A stretch of 64,000 nucleotides of DNA from Patescibacteria group bacterium. GTDB taxonomy: Bacteria; Patescibacteriota; Saccharimonadia; UBA4664. Under the pieces are notes generated by a model. That model was not told where the DNA came from and made no database searches. It saw only the letters and a list, made by a program, of their open reading frames with translations. Below are positions 9,217 through 20,030 of the stretch, in pieces (the stretch's first letter is position 1; each line of letters opens with the position of its first letter). The translations under genes were made by a program, and so were the position numbers. Location: assembly GCA_028288925.1 (NCBI GenBank), contig JAQGHG010000010.1, positions 8,057 through 72,056 on the forward strand, written 5' to 3'.

Positions 9217-9456
9217 ATGCGGCTGATGGCCGCTGACGAAAGGCTTGAAAAAATGGCCGACCGCGCAGACTCCCCGAGGCCGTTCGAATTCGACATCCTG
9301 GAGGCGCCCTCTACTACGAGTCTCAAGCAGGCTCTGGCCTCCCTCCTAAGGGTGACCGGCCTCGGCATCGCGGATGTGGACTTGCAGTACATCGCCTTTG
9401 ATGGCCCCAAAGGTGCCGTGTTCACGCTCCTGGTCACGCGCAAGAGCGCCATGTGA
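9217..9456 (+). CDS. small hypothetical protein (uncertain)
   Basis: Only the part of ORF 9058..9456 that does not overlap uvrC or its promoter; weak RBS; followed by a strong terminator. Confidence 0.25.
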   Translation: MRLMAADERLEKMADRADSPRPFEFDILEAPSTTSLKQALASLLRVTGLGIADVDLQYIAFDGPKGAVFTLLVTRKSAM

Positions 9457-9523
9457 CCCACCCGCCTCTCCCCATCCAGCCGCCTATGGCTGTGCGGGGA
9501 GAGGCCACCCCAGCACTTATACC

Positions 9524-9556
9524 AAAAAAGACCCGCGCCTGGCGGGTCTTTTTGTG
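9524..9556. terminator. bidirectional intrinsic terminator (GACCCGC-gcctg-GCGGGTC flanked by A6 and T5)
   Basis: 7-bp GC stem; A-run on one side and T-run on the other; immediately downstream of the minus-strand gene that ends at 9574. Confidence 0.75.
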
Positions 9557-9573
9557 CTGACGAGGCGGCTGCC

Positions 9574-9843
9574 TTAAGCGGCCTGGTCGAAGTCTTCTTG
9601 GGTCTCTTTGGCGGTGTTGCTATCGCCGCGGTGGCTGTTCTTGCCACCTTCGCTAGCGACTTTGCGTACCTCATCCTTGTCGCGGTTGGCGAAGTTGCCG
9701 GGGTTGTTTTCCTTACCCTGCTTCTGGCCAATCTCCGAGTAGAACTCCGGACCGCGTTCGTCGCGGACCTTCTCGCCGCCTTTGCGGCCGGCCTCGGCCG
9801 TGGTCATTGTGTCGTCTTTTTGGTCGTCATTCTTGGTTGCCAT
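9574..9843 (-). CDS. KGG-repeat general stress protein (YciG/GsiB/Con-10-like)
   Basis: Short hydrophilic protein with RKGGE / GQKQGKEN / GGKNSHRG repeats; strong AAGGAGGAAG RBS. Confidence 0.7.
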   Translation of the reverse strand: MATKNDDQKDDTMTTAEAGRKGGEKVRDERGPEFYSEIGQKQGKENNPGNFANRDKDEVRKVASEGGKNSHRGDSNTAKETQEDFDQAA

Positions 9844-9939
9844 AATTATCTTCCTCCTTACGTGGTACCTAAATTACCAGCTTGAGCGGCGCAGCGTAAC
9901 TGGTGATCTCACAAAGTGGACGGTGGACCATGGAAGATA

Positions 9940-9957
9940 ATACTGTCATAACAGTAT
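9940..9957. promoter_or_regulatory. palindrome ATACTGT-cata-ACAGTAT upstream of KGG stress gene
   Basis: Perfect 7-bp inverted repeat about 85 nt upstream of the start codon. Confidence 0.35.
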
Positions 9958-9986
9958 AAGCGCTTTAACCATTGATGAAGCTGGTC

Positions 9987-12845
9987 CTATGTGTGAACCG
10001 CTGTTTTGGAAGTCTTTTTGGCAGCCGCTGCCTCGAAGATGCGCTTGAGGTATTTGCCGGTATGACTACCGGTTTCTTTGGCGACTTGCTCGGGTGTGCC
10101 GAGGGCGATGACCATGCCGCCGCCGGAGCCGCCTTCGGGGCCCATGTCGATGAGCCAGTCGGAGCATTTGATGACGTCCAAGTTGTGCTCGATAACGAGC
10201 ACCGTGTTGCCGGTATCGACCAGCGCGTTGAGCACTCCCAGCAGGCGGTTGACGTCCTCGAAGTGGAGGCCGGTGGTGGGCTCGTCGAGGATATAGAGGG
10301 TGCGGCCGGTGCTGCGGCGGGCGAGCTCGGCGGCGAGCTTGATACGCTGGGCCTCACCACCGGAAAAGGTAGTAGCGGACTGGCCGAGGTGGATGTAGCC
10401 TAGGCCGACTTTGTTGAGGGTGTCGAATTTGCGGCGGATGGCCGGATGGTTCTCGAAGAAGGTGACGGCTTCTTCGACGGTCATATCGAGCACGTCGGAG
10501 ATGTTTTTGCCTTTGTAGTGGATCTCGAGCGCTTCCCGATTGTAGCGCTTGCCTTTGCACTCTTCGCAGGTCACGTACACATCGGGCAGGAAGTGCATCT
10601 CGATCTTGATGATGCCGTCGCCACGGCAGAGCTCGCAGCGGCCGCCTTTGACATTGAAGCTGAACCGGCCGGCTTTGTAGCCACGTATTTTGGCCTCGGG
10701 GGTCTGGGCGAACAGCTCGCGGATGTCGGCGAAGACGCCGGTGTAGGTGGCGGGGTTGGAGCGCGGGGTGCGGCCGATGGGCGATTGATCGACGCTAATG
10801 ACCTTGTCGAGATTTTTGAGGCCTTGGATCTCATCGTGCTTGCCGGGGAGGTCGCCGGCACGGTGGTAAACTTGGGCGAGTTTCTTGGCCAGGATGTCGT
10901 TGACGAGGCTGGATTTGCCCGAGCCGGACACGCCGGTCACGCTCACCAGCATGCCGAGCGGGATGGTGACGTCGACATTCTGGAGGTTGTGCTCGCGGGC
11001 GTTTTTGATGATGAGCTGCTTGTGGTTGCCTGGGCGGCGCTTGGTGGGCGTCATGATGGCCTTGGTGCCGGAGAGGTATTGGCCGGTGAGGCTGCCGGGG
11101 GTAGCGGCTACCTCTTCGGGGGTGCCGGCCGCCACGATCTCGCCGCCGTGCTCGCCCGCCGCGGGGCCCACATCGATGACGTAGTCGGCCATACGGATGG
11201 TATCTTCATCGTGCTCGACGACGATGACGGTGTTACCAAGCTCGCGCAACCGTATGAGTGTGGCGATGAGGCGGTCGTTGTCGCGCTGGTGGAGGCCGAT
11301 GCTTGGCTCATCGAGGATGTAGAGCACGCCCATCAGGCTAGAGCCGATCTGGGTGGCCAGCCGGATGCGCTGAGCCTCGCCGCCAGCTAGCGTGTTGGCA
11401 CTGCGGTCGAGCGTGAGGTAGTTGAGGCCGACGTCGCGTAGGAAGGTCAGGCGGGCGCATATCTCTTTGAGAATTTGGACGGCGATTTGAGCTTCGCGCG
11501 GCCCTAATTCCAGTGTTTCGAACAGCTTGGCCGCCTCGCCGATAGAAAGCATGGTGAGGTCAACGATGGATTTGCCACCCACCGTCACGGCCAGGATTTC
11601 GGGCTTGAGGCGCTTGCCGTGGCAAACGGGGCATTCGCGCTCGGCCATGTATTTTTCGATCTCTTTGCGCACGAATTCCGAATCGGTCTCATGGTAGCGC
11701 CGCTCCATATTGGGGATCACACCTTCGTAGACGGTGTGATAGGTGCGGCCGCCGGGGCCGCGCATGGTGATCTCGGCGTCACCGGAGCCATACAGGATGA
11801 CACGCAGGTCGGCCGGCTTCATGTCCTGGACCGGCGTGTCGAGCGAGAAGTCGTAGGTCTTGGCGACGCCCTCGAGCAGCTTGGTGTACCAGCTGAGGCG
11901 GCTAGTGGTCTTGGCCCACGGCCGGATGGCGCCTTCGGCCAGGGTGAGACGGCGGTTGGGTATGACGACTTCGGGATCGACCTCGAGCTTGGTGCCGAGC
12001 CCGGTGCAGTGCGGGCAGGCGCCGTGGGGCGAGTTGAACGAGAAGTTGCGCGGCGCGATCTCGGGCAGCGAGATTTCGCGGTGTACCGGGCAGGCATAGT
12101 GCTCGGAGTGAATGTGCTCGGTGCCGTCTTCTGCTTGGAGCACTTTGATGATGCCGTCGCTGAGGTTGAGGCCGTGCTCCACGCTCTCGGTGAGGCGCTG
12201 GCGAATTTCGGCGTCGACGGCCACGCGGTCGACCACGGCTTCGACGGTATGCTTCTTTTGTTTGTCGAGAGCCGGGAACTCATCAATATCCATAACGGCG
12301 CCGTCGACGCGCAGCCGCGTGTAGCCGGCCTTCTTGAGCTCGGCCACTACCTGGCGATGCTCGCCTTTTTTGTCGTCTATGACCGGCGCGATTAGCATAA
12401 CCCGCGTACCGGCCGGGAGTTCGAGGATTTGGTCGACGATCTGGCCGGGCGTCTGGCGGGTGACTTCGTTGCCGCAAATAGGACAATGCGGTATACCCAC
12501 GCGGGCATAGAGCAAACGCAGGTAATCATAAATTTCGGTGACGGTACCGACGGTAGAGCGAGGGTTGCGCGAGGAGCTCTTCTGGTCGATGGAGATGGCC
12601 GGACTTAAGCCGTCAATCTGGTCGACGTCGGGCTTCTCCATAAGGCCAAGGAATTGCCGCGCGTAGGCCGAAAGCGATTCGACATAGCGGCGCTGACCTT
12701 CGGCATAGATGGTATCGAAGGCAAGCGACGATTTGCCCGAGCCGGAAAGGCCGGTAATAACGACGAGTTTATCGCGCGGTATCTCGACGTCGATATTTTT
12801 GAGGTTGTGTTCCCGGGCGCCCCGGACAACGATCTTATCTGTCAT
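9987..12845 (-). CDS. uvrA: excinuclease ABC subunit A
   Basis: Two ABC ATPase modules ([12 protein letters not shown]... and [10 protein letters not shown]), zinc-finger CxxC pairs; ~953 aa. Start set at ATG 12845 ([17 protein letters not shown]). Confidence 0.95.
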   Translation of the reverse strand: MTDKIVVRGAREHNLKNIDVEIPRDKLVVITGLSGSGKSSLAFDTIYAEGQRRYVESLSAYARQFLGLMEKPDVDQIDGLSPAISIDQKSSSRNPRSTVGTVTEIYDYLRLLYARVGIPHCPICGNEVTRQTPGQIVDQILELPAGTRVMLIAPVIDDKKGEHRQVVAELKKAGYTRLRVDGAVMDIDEFPALDKQKKHTVEAVVDRVAVDAEIRQRLTESVEHGLNLSDGIIKVLQAEDGTEHIHSEHYACPVHREISLPEIAPRNFSFNSPHGACPHCTGLGTKLEVDPEVVIPNRRLTLAEGAIRPWAKTTSRLSWYTKLLEGVAKTYDFSLDTPVQDMKPADLRVILYGSGDAEITMRGPGGRTYHTVYEGVIPNMERRYHETDSEFVRKEIEKYMAERECPVCHGKRLKPEILAVTVGGKSIVDLTMLSIGEAAKLFETLELGPREAQIAVQILKEICARLTFLRDVGLNYLTLDRSANTLAGGEAQRIRLATQIGSSLMGVLYILDEPSIGLHQRDNDRLIATLIRLRELGNTVIVVEHDEDTIRMADYVIDVGPAAGEHGGEIVAAGTPEEVAATPGSLTGQYLSGTKAIMTPTKRRPGNHKQLIIKNAREHNLQNVDVTIPLGMLVSVTGVSGSGKSSLVNDILAKKLAQVYHRAGDLPGKHDEIQGLKNLDKVISVDQSPIGRTPRSNPATYTGVFADIRELFAQTPEAKIRGYKAGRFSFNVKGGRCELCRGDGIIKIEMHFLPDVYVTCEECKGKRYNREALEIHYKGKNISDVLDMTVEEAVTFFENHPAIRRKFDTLNKVGLGYIHLGQSATTFSGGEAQRIKLAAELARRSTGRTLYILDEPTTGLHFEDVNRLLGVLNALVDTGNTVLVIEHNLDVIKCSDWLIDMGPEGGSGGGMVIALGTPEQVAKETGSHTGKYLKRIFEAAAAKKTSKTAVHT

Positions 12846-12963
12846 ATACCTCCCCACCCCGGGCAAAATGGCCCGGACATTACGAACAGGAATTGTACAC
12901 ATATTTAGTGCATTTTGCAATGGTAGGCTGTGACGAAACGACCGGCCTACCTTCGCCATTATG

Positions 12964-12980
12964 CCGAACGTTTACCGAAC
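12964..12980 (-). promoter_or_regulatory. direct repeat GTTCGG-N5-GTTCGG (gene orientation) about 120 nt upstream of uvrA
   Basis: CCGAACgtttaCCGAAC on the + strand with 11-bp periodicity; shares GTTCGGTA with the repeat-protein promoters. Confidence 0.35.
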
Positions 12981-13084
12981 ATACAAGTATTGTCATATTT
13001 GCAATTTTAGTTTATAGTTACAGTGCTTTCACGAGATCCTCTCGAGAAGTAGCCCCTACTACCCTCCCGAAGGGAGGTTGTCTT

Positions 13085-13894
13085 ATGCCCAAGCCCGACT
13101 GGCTGCTCATCTACGACGAAGGGCGCGCCCGTCGAATCCAGTTCCGGATCGGTGTATTCATCTGGGACGCGGCCGTAATAGCCACGCTCATGTGGTGCAT
13201 CCGCCACGGCGCCGGACCGGTTGCTTTTGCCCTTGTGGCATTCGCGGGACCGATCATGGTGTTCGCCCTTGCCAAGTACGAGGGCGGTAAGCTGAGGGAA
13301 TTCTGGGACCTGCGCAAGTTGTCCTGGGGATTCCTCTCCCAGGCTTTCGTGCTAGGGCCCCTGACGTGGCTCGAAGCGTCTCAGTGGGACTCGCTTGGTC
13401 CAAACCCTAGCTGGGTCCCCGACTGGATTCCCGACCAGTGGTACGACACCTGGCAGTGGACGGTCGTCTGCAGCGCGGCCGGCGCGGCTTTCACGGCCGC
13501 AGTCCGGATCGGCGAACGCGTCAACTTCGACCCGCTGCGGTATCACGGGCGCGGCAAAACGTATCATGATGTGGGAGCACACATGATCGTGATCACGGTT
13601 CCCGTGCTCTTCGGTGCGATCCCGCTCCTCATCAACGGGCACTGGGGCCTGATATCGGTGCCGGTGCTGGTGTCAGTACTCGTTCTGTCGTGGCTCGGAC
13701 TGGGTCAGGTTGACCTCAAACGGGCCAAGCTGGTCGGCAGCAAGTGGAGGATGGTACGCGAACTCCTCCACGCCCAGATCGACCAACACGGCAGGTCGAT
13801 CATCCCATCGATTCCAAACCTCCCCAACATGAAGGAGTACCTGAAGATGAGAGCCCAGAAGCTCGACTACGGCGGCCCCTACCGCCCTGGGTGA
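13085..13894 (+). CDS. hypothetical multi-TM membrane protein
   Basis: Start at ATG 13085 preceded by GGGAGG; several hydrophobic segments; no recognisable domain. Confidence 0.55.
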   Translation: MPKPDWLLIYDEGRARRIQFRIGVFIWDAAVIATLMWCIRHGAGPVAFALVAFAGPIMVFALAKYEGGKLREFWDLRKLSWGFLSQAFVLGPLTWLEASQWDSLGPNPSWVPDWIPDQWYDTWQWTVVCSAAGAAFTAAVRIGERVNFDPLRYHGRGKTYHDVGAHMIVITVPVLFGAIPLLINGHWGLISVPVLVSVLVLSWLGLGQVDLKRAKLVGSKWRMVRELLHAQIDQHGRSIIPSIPNLPNMKEYLKMRAQKLDYGGPYRPG

Positions 13895-14096
13895 TCCAAG
13901 GGGGGTGTGGTGTCCCGGCCGGCTGCTTCAGCTGGTTGGGGCGCCTTCCTATGGAATTATTCAAAAAACTCCTCGCCTAACGAGCTGGGAGTTTTTTTGA
14001 TCTATATGATAATGACGGGGGCGCCCCAGTCCGTCAGCCGCAATGAGGGCGGATCTTCAGTTGTCCCCAGCGTCACAACCAGGTAGCATAAGGGTA

Positions 14097-14933
14097 ATGA
14101 TTCGCCACACTGTCACCGTTATGGGTAAGGAAGTTGCTTATTGGGAGCGCAATCCCAGTATGCCGCGGACGATTGTGATGTTGCATGGCTTCCGTGGGAA
14201 CCATAAGGGGCTCACAGATATGGTGCAGCATTTCCCCGGGTTTCGGCTGATCATGCCAGACCTGCCGGGGTACGGCGAGTCCGAGACGCTGTTTGTGCCG
14301 CACACGCTCACGAATTACGCGCGGTGGCTGGATGAGTTCGTGGGCGAGCTGGACTTGGAAGATTGGGTGAGCTGGAGCCACTCGTATAGCGGTAGTATCG
14401 CGCTGATTCAGGCCGCTGAGGGCGCCCACAAACCGGCCGCCGTGGTGAGCGTGTCGCTGGCGGCGGTGCGGCGCGATGTGGCGAGCGCGGTGAGTACGCT
14501 GTACTACTGGGTCGGTCAATTTTTGCCGCATAGAGTGCGCCGGCGCTGGATTGCCAGCCGCACCGTAGACCACGCCACGGGGCGATGGCTGTTTATGACC
14601 GCCACCACCCGGCGGCGCAAAGCACTCATGAGGCGCGGTGACCGCAACTTGCCCATCCTCAACGTGCAAGTAGTGACCGAAGAATACATGAGTGCCCGGC
14701 AGACTCCGCTGGAGCCCTATGCCGCGGCGGTGGATATGCCGGTGCTGATCGTCGCCGGCGCGCGGGATATCATTGTGCCGCTCAAACAGCTCGAACAGCT
14801 CGTGAGCCTAATGCCCGACGGCGCGCTGACGGTCATGGAAGACCAAGGCCACCTGGCGCCCATCGAGCGGCCGGCCGCCACGGCCACCATTACCAAGCGT
14901 TTTATCAATGGTTTAGAGGGATCGCGGCCCTAG
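14097..14933 (+). CDS. alpha/beta-fold hydrolase
   Basis: IVMLHGFRGNHKGL, nucleophile elbow HSYSG, C-terminal DQGHLAPIE. Confidence 0.7.
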   Translation: MIRHTVTVMGKEVAYWERNPSMPRTIVMLHGFRGNHKGLTDMVQHFPGFRLIMPDLPGYGESETLFVPHTLTNYARWLDEFVGELDLEDWVSWSHSYSGSIALIQAAEGAHKPAAVVSVSLAAVRRDVASAVSTLYYWVGQFLPHRVRRRWIASRTVDHATGRWLFMTATTRRRKALMRRGDRNLPILNVQVVTEEYMSARQTPLEPYAAAVDMPVLIVAGARDIIVPLKQLEQLVSLMPDGALTVMEDQGHLAPIERPAATATITKRFINGLEGSRP

Positions 14934-15361
14934 CGGTTGAGCGGTGTGAGGTCGGAGGTCGCGGTAATTACGGTGTAGGTAAAGCACTGCCGGCCCAGGC
15001 CGTGTTCACTGGGATCGGGCGACGTCCGAAGCTCGGGTACGGTGGGGCCGGTCGAGTTTTTATCTACGTGATGGACTGTCATAAAGGTGGCACAAAGTTG
15101 ATAATGAGTGTCGTCCAAACGGGCGTATGAGTATTCCGAGAGAGACCGCTTGAGCTTTTCGCTGCCAGTATTGATCTGACTCAGGCTGGACGGAAGCATA
15201 TTTTGGTTCGAATAATCAGTCTCAGCGCCCGATTGAAGGATGTTTAGGTCCGCGACCGCATCGGTGTCGTGCGCCGGACCGCGGCGCAGCATAATATTGC
15301 CGCCAATGGCCGCGGCCGTTACGAGAGCCAGCACCACGAAGAATATATAATACCGCTTCAT
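14930..15361 (-). CDS. hypothetical membrane-anchored/secreted protein
   Basis: MKRYYIFFVVLALV signal-anchor; start 2 nt after the stop of the upstream gene. Confidence 0.5.
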   Translation of the reverse strand: MKRYYIFFVVLALVTAAAIGGNIMLRRGPAHDTDAVADLNILQSGAETDYSNQNMLPSSLSQINTGSEKLKRSLSEYSYARLDDTHYQLCATFMTVHHVDKNSTGPTVPELRTSPDPSEHGLGRQCFTYTVITATSDLTPLNR

Positions 15362-15362
15362 G

Positions 15363-16055
15363 CTAATTGTTCCCGCGCCGGTGCTCATCGTGCCAGTAAT
15401 AGGCGAATATACCGCCGGCAATGACAAGCGTTATGAGTAGGTGGATGAAGTTACCGAGGGGGCCGGTAGCGGCGGAACTGCCGAGGATGTTAAAATCGGT
15501 GGCGTTATTGCTGCCGGACATCAAGCTATAGACGAAGAAAATAATGTTGCCAAGACCGACCAGGAAAGTGATGACGAGCGTTAGCTGGACGGCGTGCTTG
15601 CGCGAGGGATCATTGTGGAGGCTAGCATCGCGGTGTTCGGCCCTCTGGAGGCGCAAGAACAGACCCGCGAAGACCGGCAGGCCCACCACGAGGGCAGCTA
15701 TAGCATACGAAGCAAAATAGTTATCAATCGAAGTATCCCCGCCTAACAAGGTATTGACGTTCGAGTGCAGTACAGAGCCAAGGGACAGCGCCGACACCGC
15801 CAGCGCGATGAACATGATGATGTATTCGAGGCCGCGGGTGGTGAAGTTCTGGACGACAGCCTGGGGTTGCCGAGCCGGGACGGCGGGGGCGTAGGCCGGT
15901 GGCGGGGGCGGAACCTGGAGCTCGCCGCCGCCCGAGAGGGCGACTTCTACCATACCTGGGTCCCAGCCGGCTTCAACCATGTCGGCTTTGATACGTTCGT
16001 CTTTGTGGCCTTTGCGGCGGGCAGACTCGATGTAGCTATGCAGCGCAGTATTCAC
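15363..16055 (-). CDS. hypothetical membrane protein with N-terminal cytoplasmic domain and Pro-rich linker
   Basis: GTG start; four or five TM helices after PPPPPAYAPAVPARQP. Confidence 0.5.
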   Translation of the reverse strand: MNTALHSYIESARRKGHKDERIKADMVEAGWDPGMVEVALSGGGELQVPPPPPAYAPAVPARQPQAVVQNFTTRGLEYIIMFIALAVSALSLGSVLHSNVNTLLGGDTSIDNYFASYAIAALVVGLPVFAGLFLRLQRAEHRDASLHNDPSRKHAVQLTLVITFLVGLGNIIFFVYSLMSGSNNATDFNILGSSAATGPLGNFIHLLITLVIAGGIFAYYWHDEHRRGNN

Positions 16056-16122
16056 GGAGAGCTCCCATTGTGTTGGAGCAATTGTGCGGCTAAAGTACTT
16101 GCGCTGTCAAATTAGACTGCGG

Positions 16123-16377
16123 CTAAAAGATCGAAGTGGAAGTCCCCGAGCTGGCCCTGTCGGCGTCCCGGGCGGCGGCATCGGCGCGGTCCTGAGCGGC
16201 TTGGGCGTCCCGGGCTACGTTTCGGGCTGTATCACGGGTGCTAGACGCCCCACGCTCCAGTTCGGTAGCCGTGTCACGAAGCGCCCGTGCTTGGTCTTCT
16301 AAACTGTCAGCTTGGTCTGTCTTGGCACGAGCCTCATCTTCCATTTCAGTGGCTTTACGGTCGAGATCCGGATCCAT
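16123..16377 (-). CDS. small acidic coiled-coil protein (84 aa), hypothetical
   Basis: Good RBS AAGGGATAAGGT; Asp/Ala/Arg-rich helical sequence. Confidence 0.45.
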   Translation of the reverse strand: MDPDLDRKATEMEDEARAKTDQADSLEDQARALRDTATELERGASSTRDTARNVARDAQAAQDRADAAARDADRASSGTSTSIF

Positions 16378-16451
16378 ACCTTATCCCTTTCGCTTACAAC
16401 TTAGTATTTTAGCGAGGTTGGATAAAGTTCTCTTTGTGTATTCCTACAAGA

Positions 16452-18455
<2,004 letters not shown>

Positions 18456-18497
18456 ATCTTGCCGATTATACCATTGTCTGAATCTCAAAGCCTCTGG

Positions 18498-18566
18498 CGA
18501 GGTCCGACCTTGAGCGAACGACTGTAACTAAGCTTAGCCCGGTGGCTCGCTCAAGGTCGGACCTCG
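18498..18566. promoter_or_regulatory. long perfect hairpin (20-bp stem CGAGGTCCGACCTTGAGCGA / TCGCTCAAGGTCGGACCTCG) with 29-nt loop containing palindrome CTAAGCTTAG
   Basis: Lies between divergent uvrB and the GT2 gene, probably in the uvrB 5' region. Confidence 0.6.
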
Positions 18567-18749
18567 GCTATTTGCCTATGGGGGAGGTGGGATCCAGACA
18601 CTCCTTATAGTGCAATGGTACAAAGTTTTGCGCCAAGATGATGATTTATTTTAGTTACTTTGCACAGTTCATGCACCCAGGACACCCGCGTAAAATGGCT
18701 TAGTAGAGCAATATTTTTCAAGGTGCGGCTATGAGAGTTACGTATTAGT

Positions 18750-20030
18750 ATGGCGGTCCGTTCGCCGGTTAGCCGCCGCCGGATTAGCTTGTGGATGCTG
18801 TTTTTCGTCGCGATATACGCGGTACTGATTGTTAAATTGATTACGTTTCAGCAGTACCAGACCGACCCATTGTTCAATGTGTACAGCATTACCATTTCGC
18901 TCTATATTTTGAGCCGGTTTGTATTGGCTTATTATTACGACGCCGCTTATTGGGAGACGGATCCGGAGTATGTGCCGACGGTGACGTTTGGCGTTCCGTC
19001 TAAGAATGAAGCGGCCGGCATCCGCTCGACCATTATGGGCATCGCCGCCGCCGACTACCCTAAGGACCGGTTTAATATCGTGGTGGTGAATGACGGCTCC
19101 ACCGACGACACGCTGGCCGAAATGTACGCGGCCCAAAAGGAGGCCCAGGCCATGGGCGTGGCGGTGGAAGTGGTGGATTGGGCGGTCAACCGCGGCAAGC
19201 GCGAGGGTATGGCCGAGTGCATCCGGCGCTCGGACCATGAAATCATCATCTTTATTGATTCGGACAGCTTAATCGAGCCGGAAACCACCCGCGAGATGGT
19301 CAAGTACTTCACCGATCCCAAGATCGGCGCCGTGACGGCTCATGGCTATGTGGCCAACGCCGAAAAGAATTTACTGACGAAGATGCAGGCCATGAAGTAC
19401 TTTGTCTCGTTTCGGGCGTACAAGGGGGCCGAGTCGCTGTTTGGCTGTGTGACCTGTTGCAGTGGCTGTGGCGCCGCCTACCGGCGCGAGAGCCTGACGG
19501 CGGTGGTGGATGAGTGGCGGCAGCAGCGGTTCCTGGGCGCCCTGTGCACCTTCGGCGACGACCGCGCGCTGACCAACCTCGTGCTGCGCCAGGGCCTGAA
19601 GGCCGTCTACGCGTCCGAGGCGCGGGTGTACACCAAGGTGCCGGAGTCCTGGCGGGTGTACATGACGCAGCAAATGCGCTGGAAGAAATCGTGGATCCGC
19701 GAGAGTCTGCGGGCGAGCTTGTTTATGTGGCGCAAGCATCCCATTATGGCGGTGTCGTATTATGTGGGGCTGATTTTGCCGTTTTTGGCGCCGCTGGTGA
19801 TTCTGCGGGCGGTGGTGTATTACCCCTCGTTTACGCATCATTTGCCGGTTTTTTATCTGTTTGGTTTGGGGCTAATGGGTCTGATTTACGGCCTGTACTA
19901 CCGGCTGTACACCGATGAGCGCGATTGGGTGGCGGGGACGCTGGCGACGTCGTTCTTTGCCATCGTGCTGATCGCGCAATTCCCCTACGCGCTGGCCAAC
20001 ATCCGGGACGGCCGCTGGGGGACGCGATGA
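18750..20030 (+). CDS. processive family-2 glycosyltransferase (PgaC/IcaA/NodC/HasA-like N-acetylglucosaminyltransferase)
   Basis: VVNDGSTDDT, FIDSDS, QQMRWKKSW (QxxRW), multiple TM helices. Confidence 0.8.
   Translation: MAVRSPVSRRRISLWMLFFVAIYAVLIVKLITFQQYQTDPLFNVYSITISLYILSRFVLAYYYDAAYWETDPEYVPTVTFGVPSKNEAAGIRSTIMGIAAADYPKDRFNIVVVNDGSTDDTLAEMYAAQKEAQAMGVAVEVVDWAVNRGKREGMAECIRRSDHEIIIFIDSDSLIEPETTREMVKYFTDPKIGAVTAHGYVANAEKNLLTKMQAMKYFVSFRAYKGAESLFGCVTCCSGCGAAYRRESLTAVVDEWRQQRFLGALCTFGDDRALTNLVLRQGLKAVYASEARVYTKVPESWRVYMTQQMRWKKSWIRESLRASLFMWRKHPIMAVSYYVGLILPFLAPLVILRAVVYYPSFTHHLPVFYLFGLGLMGLIYGLYYRLYTDERDWVAGTLATSFFAIVLIAQFPYALANIRDGRWGTR

Noticed and set aside
9132-9731. 200-aa N-terminal extension of the uvrC ORF (MARSRVRKTTPATSP...)
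   Set aside because: Low-complexity Ala/Ser/Arg sequence that covers an AT-rich promoter-like region. The conserved GIY-YIG domain begins at the internal ATG 9131.
10446-11390. 314-aa + strand ORF (and similar ones at 11619..12395, 17691..18449, 16434..16919)
   Set aside because: Antisense to uvrA/uvrB; Gly/Ala/Val/Asp-rich composition expected from the reverse frame of a GC-rich gene; the real genes on the opposite strand are unambiguous.
12960-12985. CGAACGTTTAC as a Cheo-type LexA box (CGAACRNRYGTTCG)
   Set aside because: The second half-site does not match GTTCG, and the similar sequence upstream of uvrB (CGAACGACTGTAAC) also fails the consensus; it is kept only as an unclassified direct repeat.
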